From a virus: a stretch of DNA of 64,000 bases. The notes beneath the pieces were generated by a model. The model saw only the letters and a program-made list of their open reading frames with translations. It was not told the DNA's origin and searched no databases. The stretch spans positions 25,277 to 89,276 of the IMG/VR virus record IMGVR_UViG_3300042261_001117; one strand, given 5' to 3'. A program made the translations under genes and the position numbers. Position 1 is the first letter of the stretch. Each line of letters opens with the position of its first letter. This document shows, piece by piece, positions 10,414 through 18,843 of the stretch.

Positions 10414-10431
10414 TGGCCGGTCGAAACGGGC

Positions 10432-10461
10432 TTGACGGGAGCGGCGCGAACGGCGTAGCGT
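10432..10461 (+). promoter_or_regulatory. sigma70-like promoter of the replication operon
   Basis: TTGACG-N18-TAGCGT in an intergenic gap. Confidence 0.55.
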
Positions 10462-10465
10462 GTTC

Positions 10466-10566
10466 GTGCAACCGGCTCTGTTCACCAATCAAGCTCTCGC
10501 GCCCCCCGGTGGTGGCGACTCTTCGGAGCCGGTTGCACCCACCACCGGGGGCCACGCGAGTTTTGT
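10466..10566 (+). ncRNA. putative structured 5' leader (A-B-UUCG-A'-B')
   Basis: Two interleaved perfect 13-bp inverted repeats, a CTC-TTCG-GAG hairpin and a trailing TTTT. Confidence 0.55.
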
Positions 10567-10596
10567 GCGCTGGGCGTAGCGTGGCGAGGAGTGCGC

Positions 10597-11709
10597 ATGG
10601 GCGGCACTAGCTGGGTACGCATGGACGCAGCGTACGACGACCATCCGGACGTTCGGCGCGCTGGGCTTGAGGGTAGCGTGGTGTTTCAGGCGCTCGTGCG
10701 CAGATCGAAGCTGTTTGGCCTCGACGGCATCGTCAGCAAGAAGTACCTCGACGTGGAGTACCTAGCGGACGTGCTGAAAGCTCCACAGGACTTCATCCAG
10801 CGCGGGCTGGTGGCGTGCTTGCGCGTTGGACTGATCCGCGACGGCGATGGCGGCGTGACGATACCAGGGTGGGATCGCTTCCAGAGTCCCGACACGTTGC
10901 GGAAGCAGCGCTACACGGAACGGCACGGACGAGACGCAGCAGATGGTGCGCAGCAGGTTGATCCGTTCCTGTCCGTTCCAAGAACGGACGAGAACGGACG
11001 AGAACGGATTGGAACGGATTGTCCGTCTGACGTGACGGTACGTGACGAGACAGGACGTGACGAGACGCACGAGCACTGCGCGCGCGCGCGTACGCACGAG
11101 GATTCGACCCCAGCACCCGCCGCACCGACCACGCCGCCGCCTGATCCCGCGCGGCTCGCTGCGATCCGAAACGAGATGGCCATGGCGGACGCGCAGCGAG
11201 AAGCCGAGAGCGGCGTGCGTGTGCGCCCACTTCGCGTCGATCCGGAGCGCGAGGCCCGTGACGCCGCGTGGGCGGAAGAGATGGCGCTAGCGGCCAACGT
11301 CGCGCACGACGACGGCAAGATCCTCTCGGTCTACCAGCACTGGCTCGACTCCGCGGGTTTGCCTCCGCGCTGCATGTGCCCCGACGACCTGTACATGGGC
11401 AAGACGTTCCGACTGCTGGTGCTGGAGCGGCTGAGAGACGGGCTGACCTACGACGACATGAAGCGGGCGATCACGTCGTGCCACGGAAGCAAGCGGCATC
11501 AGGAGCGCGGCGTGTCGGGGTGGGGCGCTATCCTGCGGTCGCTCTCGACGGTGCAGGAGTTCATGGCAATCGCCAACGCGAAGGCCAAGCCGCAGCAGCG
11601 ATCGGGTAGGCTGTCTGACGAGGAATTCGCGAAGCGGTACGAGGAGCGCAAGGCGGAGAAGGCGCGGAACGAGGCGCTGCTGGCACAACACGGTCGGGGT
11701 CCGAGATGA
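10597..11709 (+). CDS. phage replication initiator (replisome organiser / O-like)
   Basis: N-terminal WVRMD...HPDV...L..GLI...IPGWDRFQ pattern, internal iterons and RDETGRDET linker. Confidence 0.7.
   Translation: MGGTSWVRMDAAYDDHPDVRRAGLEGSVVFQALVRRSKLFGLDGIVSKKYLDVEYLADVLKAPQDFIQRGLVACLRVGLIRDGDGGVTIPGWDRFQSPDTLRKQRYTERHGRDAADGAQQVDPFLSVPRTDENGRERIGTDCPSDVTVRDETGRDETHEHCARARTHEDSTPAPAAPTTPPPDPARLAAIRNEMAMADAQREAESGVRVRPLRVDPEREARDAAWAEEMALAANVAHDDGKILSVYQHWLDSAGLPPRCMCPDDLYMGKTFRLLVLERLRDGLTYDDMKRAITSCHGSKRHQERGVSGWGAILRSLSTVQEFMAIANAKAKPQQRSGRLSDEEFAKRYEERKAEKARNEALLAQHGRGPR
10961..11020. repeat. iterons, putative replication origin
   Basis: Four tandem 10-mers (AGAACGGACG x2, AGAACGGATT, GGAACGGATT) preceded by two inverted copies (ATCCGTTCCT, GTCCGTTCCA). 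Confidence 0.7.
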
Positions 11710-12407
11710 ACCAGACTCAATGGCGCACCCACTGGAACAGTTTGCTGATCGGGTACCAGCGACGAGACGCCAGCGAGGAAGAGGAGCTTCTGTACCTGGA
11801 GCACCTCGAGAAGTGGCAGCCGGAGATCGTCGCGGCTGCGGTAAACGCTGCACTGGAGGAGGAGTCGTACTTCCCGCGCATCCAGTCTCTGGTGTCGCGA
11901 TGCCAGCAGATCGAGCACGACGCCCGGCGGGAAGCTGCGAACTCAAGGCCACGACCGGCGGAGGAGTACGACGCGAACGCGCGCACGTACGCGTGCAGGA
12001 ACTGCCTCGACACGGGCATGATCGACTGCACGATTCCGCGCGGGAAGCATCTGATCGTCGGCATGGACGGGCGGCTGCGGTTCCGAGACGCGCGGTCGAC
12101 GTCGGTGACGTTCTACTCGAACTGCCGCGTGCGCTGCACGTGCGATCGTGGGCTGGCGAAGCCCGCGTCGTTCGGCGCGCTGTTCTCGCCGGTGATGTTC
12201 CGAGCGCTGGGCTGGTGGGCGAACAGGCAGCACGCGCACATCAACGCCATCCACGGCTTCCGGGTGTTCGCGTCGTCGGAGGAATACGTCGCGTGGGCGG
12301 AGGAGCAGGTTGGCAGGGTGGTGCCGGGCTCGCATCGAGCGCCGGATCGAGCGCCGGAGTATCAGGATCGGCGCGTGACCGACTTCGACAGCGAGGTGAA
12401 CTTCTGA
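11706..12407 (+). CDS. putative helicase loader-associated protein with Zn ribbon
   Basis: Coupled to initiator; YFPRIQSL motif and CRNCLDTG...CTC. Confidence 0.5.
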   Translation: MNQTQWRTHWNSLLIGYQRRDASEEEELLYLEHLEKWQPEIVAAAVNAALEEESYFPRIQSLVSRCQQIEHDARREAANSRPRPAEEYDANARTYACRNCLDTGMIDCTIPRGKHLIVGMDGRLRFRDARSTSVTFYSNCRVRCTCDRGLAKPASFGALFSPVMFRALGWWANRQHAHINAIHGFRVFASSEEYVAWAEEQVGRVVPGSHRAPDRAPEYQDRRVTDFDSEVNF

Positions 12408-12964
12408 TGGACACGCTGGTGGTGTCGGTTGACCCTGGAACGGTCGGAGCGGTGGCGGTCGTGCGCTATCCGCACGCGGCGGACGTCGCGTCGATCCGCA
12501 AGGCGGTGGTCGGCGTGATCGAGTGGGGGCGTCGTGCAGGACAGACGCTCGAGACGGGGTCGCTGGCAGGTGCGTGCGCGGCGGTGAGCGAGATCGAGAA
12601 GCTGATCGCCACGACGGGCGTCGAGCGGGTGTTCGTGCGCTGCGAGACGGTGTGGGTTCCCCGCGGTGGAGCAAAGCGCCCGACGTCTCCGAAGAGCTTC
12701 CTCGGGCCCGCGATGGCGCTGGGCTGCTTCCTGCCGCTGGCGAGACCGATCGGGTTCTACGAACTGATGGCGCCGGACGAGTGGCGCAAGCTGCAGGGAT
12801 GGACGTGGCCGCGCGGGAAGTCGCACCGCGAGCAGGCAAAGGCCTACGCCGAGCAGCGGGCACTGGCGTTCATGGGTGATTGGGGCATGTCAGACCACGC
12901 TGCGGAGGCGCTGTGCATGGGGCTGGTGCCGCCGCCGATGGAAGTCGCGCGGGGGAAGCGATGA
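12407..12964 (+). CDS. RuvC-like Holliday junction resolvase
   Basis: VSVDPG, central Glu, PDEWRK and DHAAEALCMG. Confidence 0.75.
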   Translation: MDTLVVSVDPGTVGAVAVVRYPHAADVASIRKAVVGVIEWGRRAGQTLETGSLAGACAAVSEIEKLIATTGVERVFVRCETVWVPRGGAKRPTSPKSFLGPAMALGCFLPLARPIGFYELMAPDEWRKLQGWTWPRGKSHREQAKAYAEQRALAFMGDWGMSDHAAEALCMGLVPPPMEVARGKR

Positions 12965-13383
12965 AGATCGTCCGCGTCTACTGCACGCACTGCGCGGGCA
13001 AGCACTCGCTGAATGGAAAGCGCGGTCGTCTGCGCTTCACGCCGACCGGGATCGGATTCCGACCGGACGGCGCGACGGAGTACATCGCGCTGAACGCCAA
13101 GACCGTCGAGGAGGGGCGCGTGACGATCGTGCTGAACGGCGGGCGCGACGAGCGCAGCGTGTCGGTGTTCGTTCGACAGCCGCTTCCGCCGGACCCCGAT
13201 CGCGCGCTTCGCGAGGTGCGCTCGGCTGCTGAAGCTCGCAACGGCAAGAAGCCGTCGCGGTGGACGGACGTCGAGCCACCTGCGGACGCTGACAGCGACT
13301 ACGGCATCGACCGTGCGCAGACCGGCGTCGATGCAGACGACCTGGGCATCGAGGAGTTCAACGACTCGAACGGGGATGAGTAG
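12961..13383 (+). CDS. hypothetical protein (CxxC)
   Basis: ATGA overlap with upstream gene. Confidence 0.5.
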   Translation: MKIVRVYCTHCAGKHSLNGKRGRLRFTPTGIGFRPDGATEYIALNAKTVEEGRVTIVLNGGRDERSVSVFVRQPLPPDPDRALREVRSAAEARNGKKPSRWTDVEPPADADSDYGIDRAQTGVDADDLGIEEFNDSNGDE

Positions 13384-13387
13384 CGCC

Positions 13388-13867
13388 ATGGGGTTTCCTC
13401 TGGATGCAGGGACACGCGCGTCGATGGTTGGCAGGAGGATCGTCGCCCTACCTGCCAGGACTGCAGCGGGCGTTGTGATGAGCGTCGACCTGATGTTCGC
13501 GACGTGTCTGGTCGACGAGGACGAATACGGGCGCGCGCTGCCGCCGATGGAGCACCGGCGCGCGCGCTACACGATCCCGCACTCTGGCGCGCAGCCGTGG
13601 GCGTTCGATCTTGAGCGGCCGGAGGATCGAGCGCGGTGGGCGCTGGAGATCGCCAACGCGGGATCCGCGGAGTACGCGCTGCGAGACGCGGTCGAGGTCG
13701 TTGCGAACTGCGGTGTGACGAACGACCAGATCGCGGACGCAGCACGCATGGCGCTGGTGTTTGACGGCAGCACGACGGCGTGGAACCTGCAGGGGCTGCT
13801 CGTGCTCGAGAACCTGCTGCGGAAGCAGCGCGGGATGCCGCCGCACGAGTTCGGCGGGAAGGAGTAG
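13388..13867 (+). CDS. hypothetical protein
   Basis: Fills operon gap with typical codon usage. Confidence 0.5.
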   Translation: MGFPLDAGTRASMVGRRIVALPARTAAGVVMSVDLMFATCLVDEDEYGRALPPMEHRRARYTIPHSGAQPWAFDLERPEDRARWALEIANAGSAEYALRDAVEVVANCGVTNDQIADAARMALVFDGSTTAWNLQGLLVLENLLRKQRGMPPHEFGGKE

Positions 13868-13870
13868 ACG

Positions 13871-14689
13871 ATGGCTGGGATCTACGAGCCTCGCGGGCGC
13901 GCACTGGAGTACAGCCCGCTGGCGCTCAACCTGTACAACGGCTGTGACCACGCGTGCTCGTACTGCTACAACCGGCGCATTTACCGGTCGAACTGGACGG
14001 CCGACGCGAAGCCCATGGCGTGGCTCACGCTCGACGCGCTGCAGAAGACGTGCGAGAAGTACGCGGGCAGCCTCGATCAGGTGCTGCTGTCCTTCGTCGG
14101 CGACCCGTACTGCGCGGCGGACGAACGCGAGCGCTGGACGCGCGTGGCGCTGGAAGCGCTGCTGCACAACCGCATTCCCGCTGCGGTGCTGACGAAGGGC
14201 GGCAATCGCTGTCTGCGGGACGTGGACCTGTTCCGCGCGTTCGGTCGGTCGATCATGGTCGGTGCGACCATCACCGGCATGGACGACCTCGAGTCCGGCG
14301 CCGCGACGAACCAGCATCGCTGCGACGTGCTCGATGAACTGGCTCGGTGCGGTGTGCCCACCTGGGCGTCGTTTGAGCCGGTCATCGACCCGGAGAAGTC
14401 GTTGGCGTGGCTGGCGTACGTGCTTGATCGCGGTGCGGTGTGGATGGTCAAGATCGGCAAGTGCAACCAGTGGGGCGGGTGCGACGACTCGAAGATCGAC
14501 TGGGCCAAGTTCCTGGCCAACGCGGTCGGCATCTGCGAGGAGTCGACGGTGCGGTACTACATCAAGGACTCGCTGTGGATCGCGGCGGGGCGGCCGGAGT
14601 TCGTGTACGTCAACCACGCGGTGGCGATGGACGACGGCCACCGCAACCCGCGGCTGTTCCAATCGGAGCCGTTCGGAAAGGTGGCATGA
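13871..14689 (+). CDS. radical SAM protein (SPL-like family)
   Basis: CDHACSYC cluster motif; GDPY, LTKG and SFEPVID. Confidence 0.85.
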   Translation: MAGIYEPRGRALEYSPLALNLYNGCDHACSYCYNRRIYRSNWTADAKPMAWLTLDALQKTCEKYAGSLDQVLLSFVGDPYCAADERERWTRVALEALLHNRIPAAVLTKGGNRCLRDVDLFRAFGRSIMVGATITGMDDLESGAATNQHRCDVLDELARCGVPTWASFEPVIDPEKSLAWLAYVLDRGAVWMVKIGKCNQWGGCDDSKIDWAKFLANAVGICEESTVRYYIKDSLWIAAGRPEFVYVNHAVAMDDGHRNPRLFQSEPFGKVA

Positions 14690-14985
14690 TGGCTGGCATC
14701 GCGATTCACTGCGGGCTGTCGGTGCGTGGCGCCATCCACCGCGCGTCTGCCACGAAGAAGCGCTCGTACCTGAAGGGCATGTTCAAGCACCCGAGCGGCA
14801 CGCGGTCTATGACGCCCGACGAGGCGTTCGAACTGCTGCTCGACGAGTTGTCGAAGGGACACGAGGTGCTTCCGTTCAGCGACTCGTGCAAGAACTGGGA
14901 CTGGAAGCACGGGTGCAGGTGCGCGCAAGTGGCGCGAGCGCAGGCAGAGCAGGTGTCCGGAAATTCCGGAGACGTGACGCCGTGA
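14686..14985 (+). CDS. hypothetical protein
   Basis: Overlaps with both neighbours; C-terminal CKNWDWKHGC. Confidence 0.5.
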   Translation: MMAGIAIHCGLSVRGAIHRASATKKRSYLKGMFKHPSGTRSMTPDEAFELLLDELSKGHEVLPFSDSCKNWDWKHGCRCAQVARAQAEQVSGNSGDVTP

Positions 14986-15869
14986 AGTCGCCAATCGTGT
15001 ACTTCGGCAAGAAGGCCTCGGTGGCCGACGTCATATGGGCGCGGCTCGGCGACGTGCGCCGGTACGTGGAGCCGTTCTTCGGGAGCGGCTCCGTGCTGCT
15101 CTCGCGCCCGGCGCTGCCGACGCGCGTCGAGATCGCCAACGACGACTCGGTCTACGTGGCGAACTTCTTCCGCGCGATGCAGTCAGACCCGGACGGCGTC
15201 GCGCGCGCTGCTCGATGGCCGAAGCACGAGTGCGAGATCGCCGCGCGACACCGCTGGCTGCTGGCCCGGCACGACGAACTGAAGCGCGACCTCATGGACA
15301 ACGCAGAGAAGTACGACGCGCAGGCGGCTGGATGGTGGCTGTGGGGCAACGCGGCGTGGCTCGGGAGCGGCTGGTGCACAGTCGGGCGGAACTGCAACCG
15401 GACGCAGGTTCCGCATCCGACGCCACAGGGGTACTGGGCCATCGACGACTTTGAGAGCTACGCCCGCGAGATGCAGGAGCGGCTGTTGCGGGTGATGTTC
15501 ATGTGCGGCGACTGGACGCGCGCGGTGACGACAGCGATGCTCGGGCTCCATGCTTCCAACTGCGTCACCGGCGTGCTGCTTGACCCGCCGTACGACGCTG
15601 GGACGGGCGCGTTCTACACGAGCGACCAGCGGTCGGTCTGGCACGACGCGCAGCGGTGGGCAATCGAGCACGGCGACGACCCCGGACTGCGGATCGTGCT
15701 CTGCGGGTACGACGGCGTCGGCGAGGCGATGCCGCCAGAATGGGAAACGGTGCACTGGGACACCGGAGGAGCCTACGGCACGGCAGAGAGCACCGCGAAC
15801 AAGGAGAACGGGAAACGCGAGGTGCTGTACTTCTCGCCGCACTGCAACCGCCAGATGGCGCTGTTGTGA
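14982..15869 (+). CDS. DNA adenine methyltransferase (Dam/D12 class)
   Basis: YFGKK, YVEPFFGSG, AND and DPPY. Confidence 0.9.
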   Translation: MKSPIVYFGKKASVADVIWARLGDVRRYVEPFFGSGSVLLSRPALPTRVEIANDDSVYVANFFRAMQSDPDGVARAARWPKHECEIAARHRWLLARHDELKRDLMDNAEKYDAQAAGWWLWGNAAWLGSGWCTVGRNCNRTQVPHPTPQGYWAIDDFESYAREMQERLLRVMFMCGDWTRAVTTAMLGLHASNCVTGVLLDPPYDAGTGAFYTSDQRSVWHDAQRWAIEHGDDPGLRIVLCGYDGVGEAMPPEWETVHWDTGGAYGTAESTANKENGKREVLYFSPHCNRQMALL

Positions 15870-15975
15870 TGTCGCGATGCGAAAGCAAGACGCGCACCGG
15901 AACGGCATTGACGCCGTTGGCAACCTGTGTTGAGAATGGGCGCGACGGTAGCACACGATGAAAGGAGCACCTCCC

Positions 15976-17370
15976 ATGCCGCGACACCGAACGACCACCC
16001 CCGACGAGCGCAAGCGCAAAGCGCTCGAGGCGAGGCGCGAGCCGATCAAGCTCGCGTCGCTCGTTAGCACGCTCAAGCTTCAGATCGACGACCTGCAGCG
16101 CAAGCTCGCGTCGGCGGACGCGCGGACGGCGCAGGCCGTCGGCATCGCCACGCACGAGCTTCGCGACGAACTCGAGCGCTTCCGCGCGGCGAAGGCGGTC
16201 CACGTGCCGCACCAGTTCGCGGACGAGGCTCGCAGCGCGGTCGAGAAGCTCGCGACGGACTTCCTCGCGCCGCTCTCGGAGCGGTGGAACGCGCTCGATC
16301 AGACCAACGTCCGCATGCGCGAGGAACTGAGCGCCGCGCTGGACCGCGAGCAAGCGCTGCTCGAGCGTGTCGAGTCGTCCGCCCGCGACGACGCGGCACT
16401 GATCGGTGAGATGAACGCGGCGAAGGCCGCGCAGATGGAACTGCTACTGGCGCTCCGCAACGCGTACGAGGACGGCGTCGCGCCGCCGTGGCTGGTGCGG
16501 TTCGCCAAGGCGTTCCACGACGCGCCGAATGGCAAGCTGAAGGACGAGCAGGCGACGGCGCTGTTCAACCGCGTCTACCGCTGGGCGATGGAGCAGGCGC
16601 GCGACGCCGCGCGCGACGTCAAGTCCGCGCTGGAGCGCGCGCGCGACGCGGCGTCCAAGAGCCCGCAGCCGCTGCAGGTCGGAACGTCGGCGGATGCAGG
16701 GCCGGGCTCTGCCGACAACGCGAAGGTGATCGAGGTCGCGGACGCGCTCGGCGTCCGGCTGGTCGATCCGGTCGCGGAGGAGTGGGAGTTGCGCTGGGTG
16801 GACGAGGACGGCAACCTCGCCATCGAGGTCGTGAGCGCGAGCCCCGCCGCAGTGGCGCAGGAGATCGCGGCGATCGTCCGCAAGCGGCCGATGCTCCGCA
16901 ACGTGATGGTCGAGACCAACGGCGTGGGCTCGATCGTGTACGAGACGCTGCGTCAGGAAGACCTGCAGGTGTGGGTGGAAGCGCACGTGACGACGAACGC
17001 CTCGCCGTTCCCGGAGCCCGCGCTGATGCGTCTGCCCGCGTGCGGGCACCGCAAGATGAAGGAGCCGGGCGAGTGCGACAACACCGCGACGCAGGAGCGC
17101 GACGGCGGGCTGGCGGTGTGCGGGCAACTGAAGCCGGGCGTGATCGACGGCAAGCCGGTCCCTCCCGCCGGGTGCGCGCACTACGAGATGCTGAACGCCG
17201 CGTCGAAGTCCGCTGGCGCCATCCGCGAAGCGCTCGAGCACACGGTCGGAGAAGAGCCCGGCGTCCCGATGCCCGGCGACAAGCCGAACTGCCACATCCC
17301 CGTCTCGTTCCGCGTGGTGAAGGACGACGAGGCGGTCGACGAGCAGCACCAGAACGGGGTGACGCCATGA
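15976..17370 (+). CDS. coiled-coil hypothetical protein with terminase-like C-terminal motif
   Basis: AAGGAG RBS; heptad-rich N-half; VMVETNGVGSIVYETL. Confidence 0.6.
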   Translation: MPRHRTTTPDERKRKALEARREPIKLASLVSTLKLQIDDLQRKLASADARTAQAVGIATHELRDELERFRAAKAVHVPHQFADEARSAVEKLATDFLAPLSERWNALDQTNVRMREELSAALDREQALLERVESSARDDAALIGEMNAAKAAQMELLLALRNAYEDGVAPPWLVRFAKAFHDAPNGKLKDEQATALFNRVYRWAMEQARDAARDVKSALERARDAASKSPQPLQVGTSADAGPGSADNAKVIEVADALGVRLVDPVAEEWELRWVDEDGNLAIEVVSASPAAVAQEIAAIVRKRPMLRNVMVETNGVGSIVYETLRQEDLQVWVEAHVTTNASPFPEPALMRLPACGHRKMKEPGECDNTATQERDGGLAVCGQLKPGVIDGKPVPPAGCAHYEMLNAASKSAGAIREALEHTVGEEPGVPMPGDKPNCHIPVSFRVVKDDEAVDEQHQNGVTP

Positions 17371-18308
17371 AGCTCGCCAACTGCCAGACGGGCGCGGCGT
17401 TCGGGCTCGATCTGCTCGTGACCGACGTGTCGACTGGCAAGACCAAGAAGGGCTCCCCGTACCTGTCGTTGATGCTGAGCGACGGTGTGGATCGGATCAG
17501 CGCGCGCTGGTGGGACTGCGACAACGCGGACGGCGCGGTGCAGAAGGGCTCGATCTACTACGTGACCGGCAACATCAACGAGTACCAGGGCGAGCGGCAG
17601 GCGATCGTGGCGAGCATGGCGCCCAGCGACGCGGCGCCCGAGGACTTCATGCCCCGCAGCGCGACGACGCCGGAGCTTCTGTTCGGGCGCATCGACCACT
17701 ACATCCGCACGATCGCATCGGAGCCGCTGCGCGAGGCGGTGGCGACGCTGGTGCAGGGGCTGTGGCACGATCGTTTCTACGCGGCACCCGCGGCGTCGTC
17801 CAACCACCACGCCCGCGTCGGCGGGCTGGCGGAGCACACGCTGTCGATGCTCGACGAGTGGGCGGCGCTGGCGCCGGTGCTGGACCGCTGGCACCCGGAC
17901 CTGCTGGACCACGACGTGATGGTCGCGGGCATCGTGCTGCACGACCTCGGCAAGGCGGTGGAGATCGAGTCGACGCCGGGGTTCCCGTACAGCACGCACG
18001 GGCAGATGCTCGGGCACATCCCGATGGCAGCCATCGCGGTGCGAGGTGCGCTCGGCGACTACGCGAACACGGAGCGCGGGCTCCGCGTGCTCAACTGCAT
18101 CCTGTCCCACCACGGCAAGCTGGAGTGGGGCAGCCCGGTGGTGCCGCGGTGCCCCGAGGCGGTGTTGCTCCACGAGATCGACATGCTCGACAGCAGGATG
18201 GAGCACTTCGCGCAGTTGGTCGCGAATGGCGTGGGCCAGGACGGATGGACGGAGCGCGACAAGCTGTTCGACGGGGCCATGCGCGGTCCCATGCAGCGGG
18301 AGGACTGA
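17367..18308 (+). CDS. OB-fold/HD-domain 3'-5' exonuclease (YhaM/Cbf1-like)
   Basis: KKGSPYLSL, APAASSNHHA..GGLAEH, LHDLGK, GHI, ILSHHGKLEWGSP. Confidence 0.9.
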   Translation: MKLANCQTGAAFGLDLLVTDVSTGKTKKGSPYLSLMLSDGVDRISARWWDCDNADGAVQKGSIYYVTGNINEYQGERQAIVASMAPSDAAPEDFMPRSATTPELLFGRIDHYIRTIASEPLREAVATLVQGLWHDRFYAAPAASSNHHARVGGLAEHTLSMLDEWAALAPVLDRWHPDLLDHDVMVAGIVLHDLGKAVEIESTPGFPYSTHGQMLGHIPMAAIAVRGALGDYANTERGLRVLNCILSHHGKLEWGSPVVPRCPEAVLLHEIDMLDSRMEHFAQLVANGVGQDGWTERDKLFDGAMRGPMQRED

Positions 18309-18311
18309 CCG

Positions 18312-18734
18312 ATGGACCAGAACGATCGTTTATGGACGCTGGACGAGTTCGGCTGCTCGTGGATGACGCGCGAGGACGGGTCGCTCGCGCAGGTGGTGCT
18401 GCTGGACCGCCGCAACGAGGTGCTCGCGCGCTTCTACGCGCAGTCGCACGGCGGCAAGATCCGCTTCCCCGGCTTCGTGATCAACGAGGAGCAGGAGGAG
18501 GCCTACGTCGACGAGTACAAGACCGAGTCGGCGGCGAAGAAGGAACTGCTCGGCGTGGCGCTGCTCTGCCGCATCGCGCGGCTCGAGGAGACCGTGCGCG
18601 TGGCCACCGCCAAGCTCCGCCACACCGACCTGATCGGCGACGCCGCCATTGCCAAAGACCTGCTCGACAGCGCGCTCGCGCCGAAGTCGCAGGCCTTCGA
18701 CGACGGGCTCGACGAGCCCCCCACGGAAGTCTGA
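18312..18734 (+). CDS. hypothetical protein
   Basis: GGAGG RBS and operon position. Confidence 0.55.
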   Translation: MDQNDRLWTLDEFGCSWMTREDGSLAQVVLLDRRNEVLARFYAQSHGGKIRFPGFVINEEQEEAYVDEYKTESAAKKELLGVALLCRIARLEETVRVATAKLRHTDLIGDAAIAKDLLDSALAPKSQAFDDGLDEPPTEV

Positions 18735-18737
18735 GGA

Positions 18738-18830
18738 TTGCGCTGGGCGCAGACGACGTGGTAATCTCCGACCGCTCCTTCCCCGCCCCTGCAGGACGTG
18801 ACGCCCCACGACACCGCAGGGGTTCTTTTT
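18738..18830 (+). promoter_or_regulatory. weak promoter followed by a terminator-like leader
   Basis: TTGCGC-N18-TAATCT, then CCCCTGC...GCAGGGG followed by TTCTTTTT just before the RBS. Confidence 0.45.
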
Positions 18831-18843
18831 GAGGAGGCATCCC

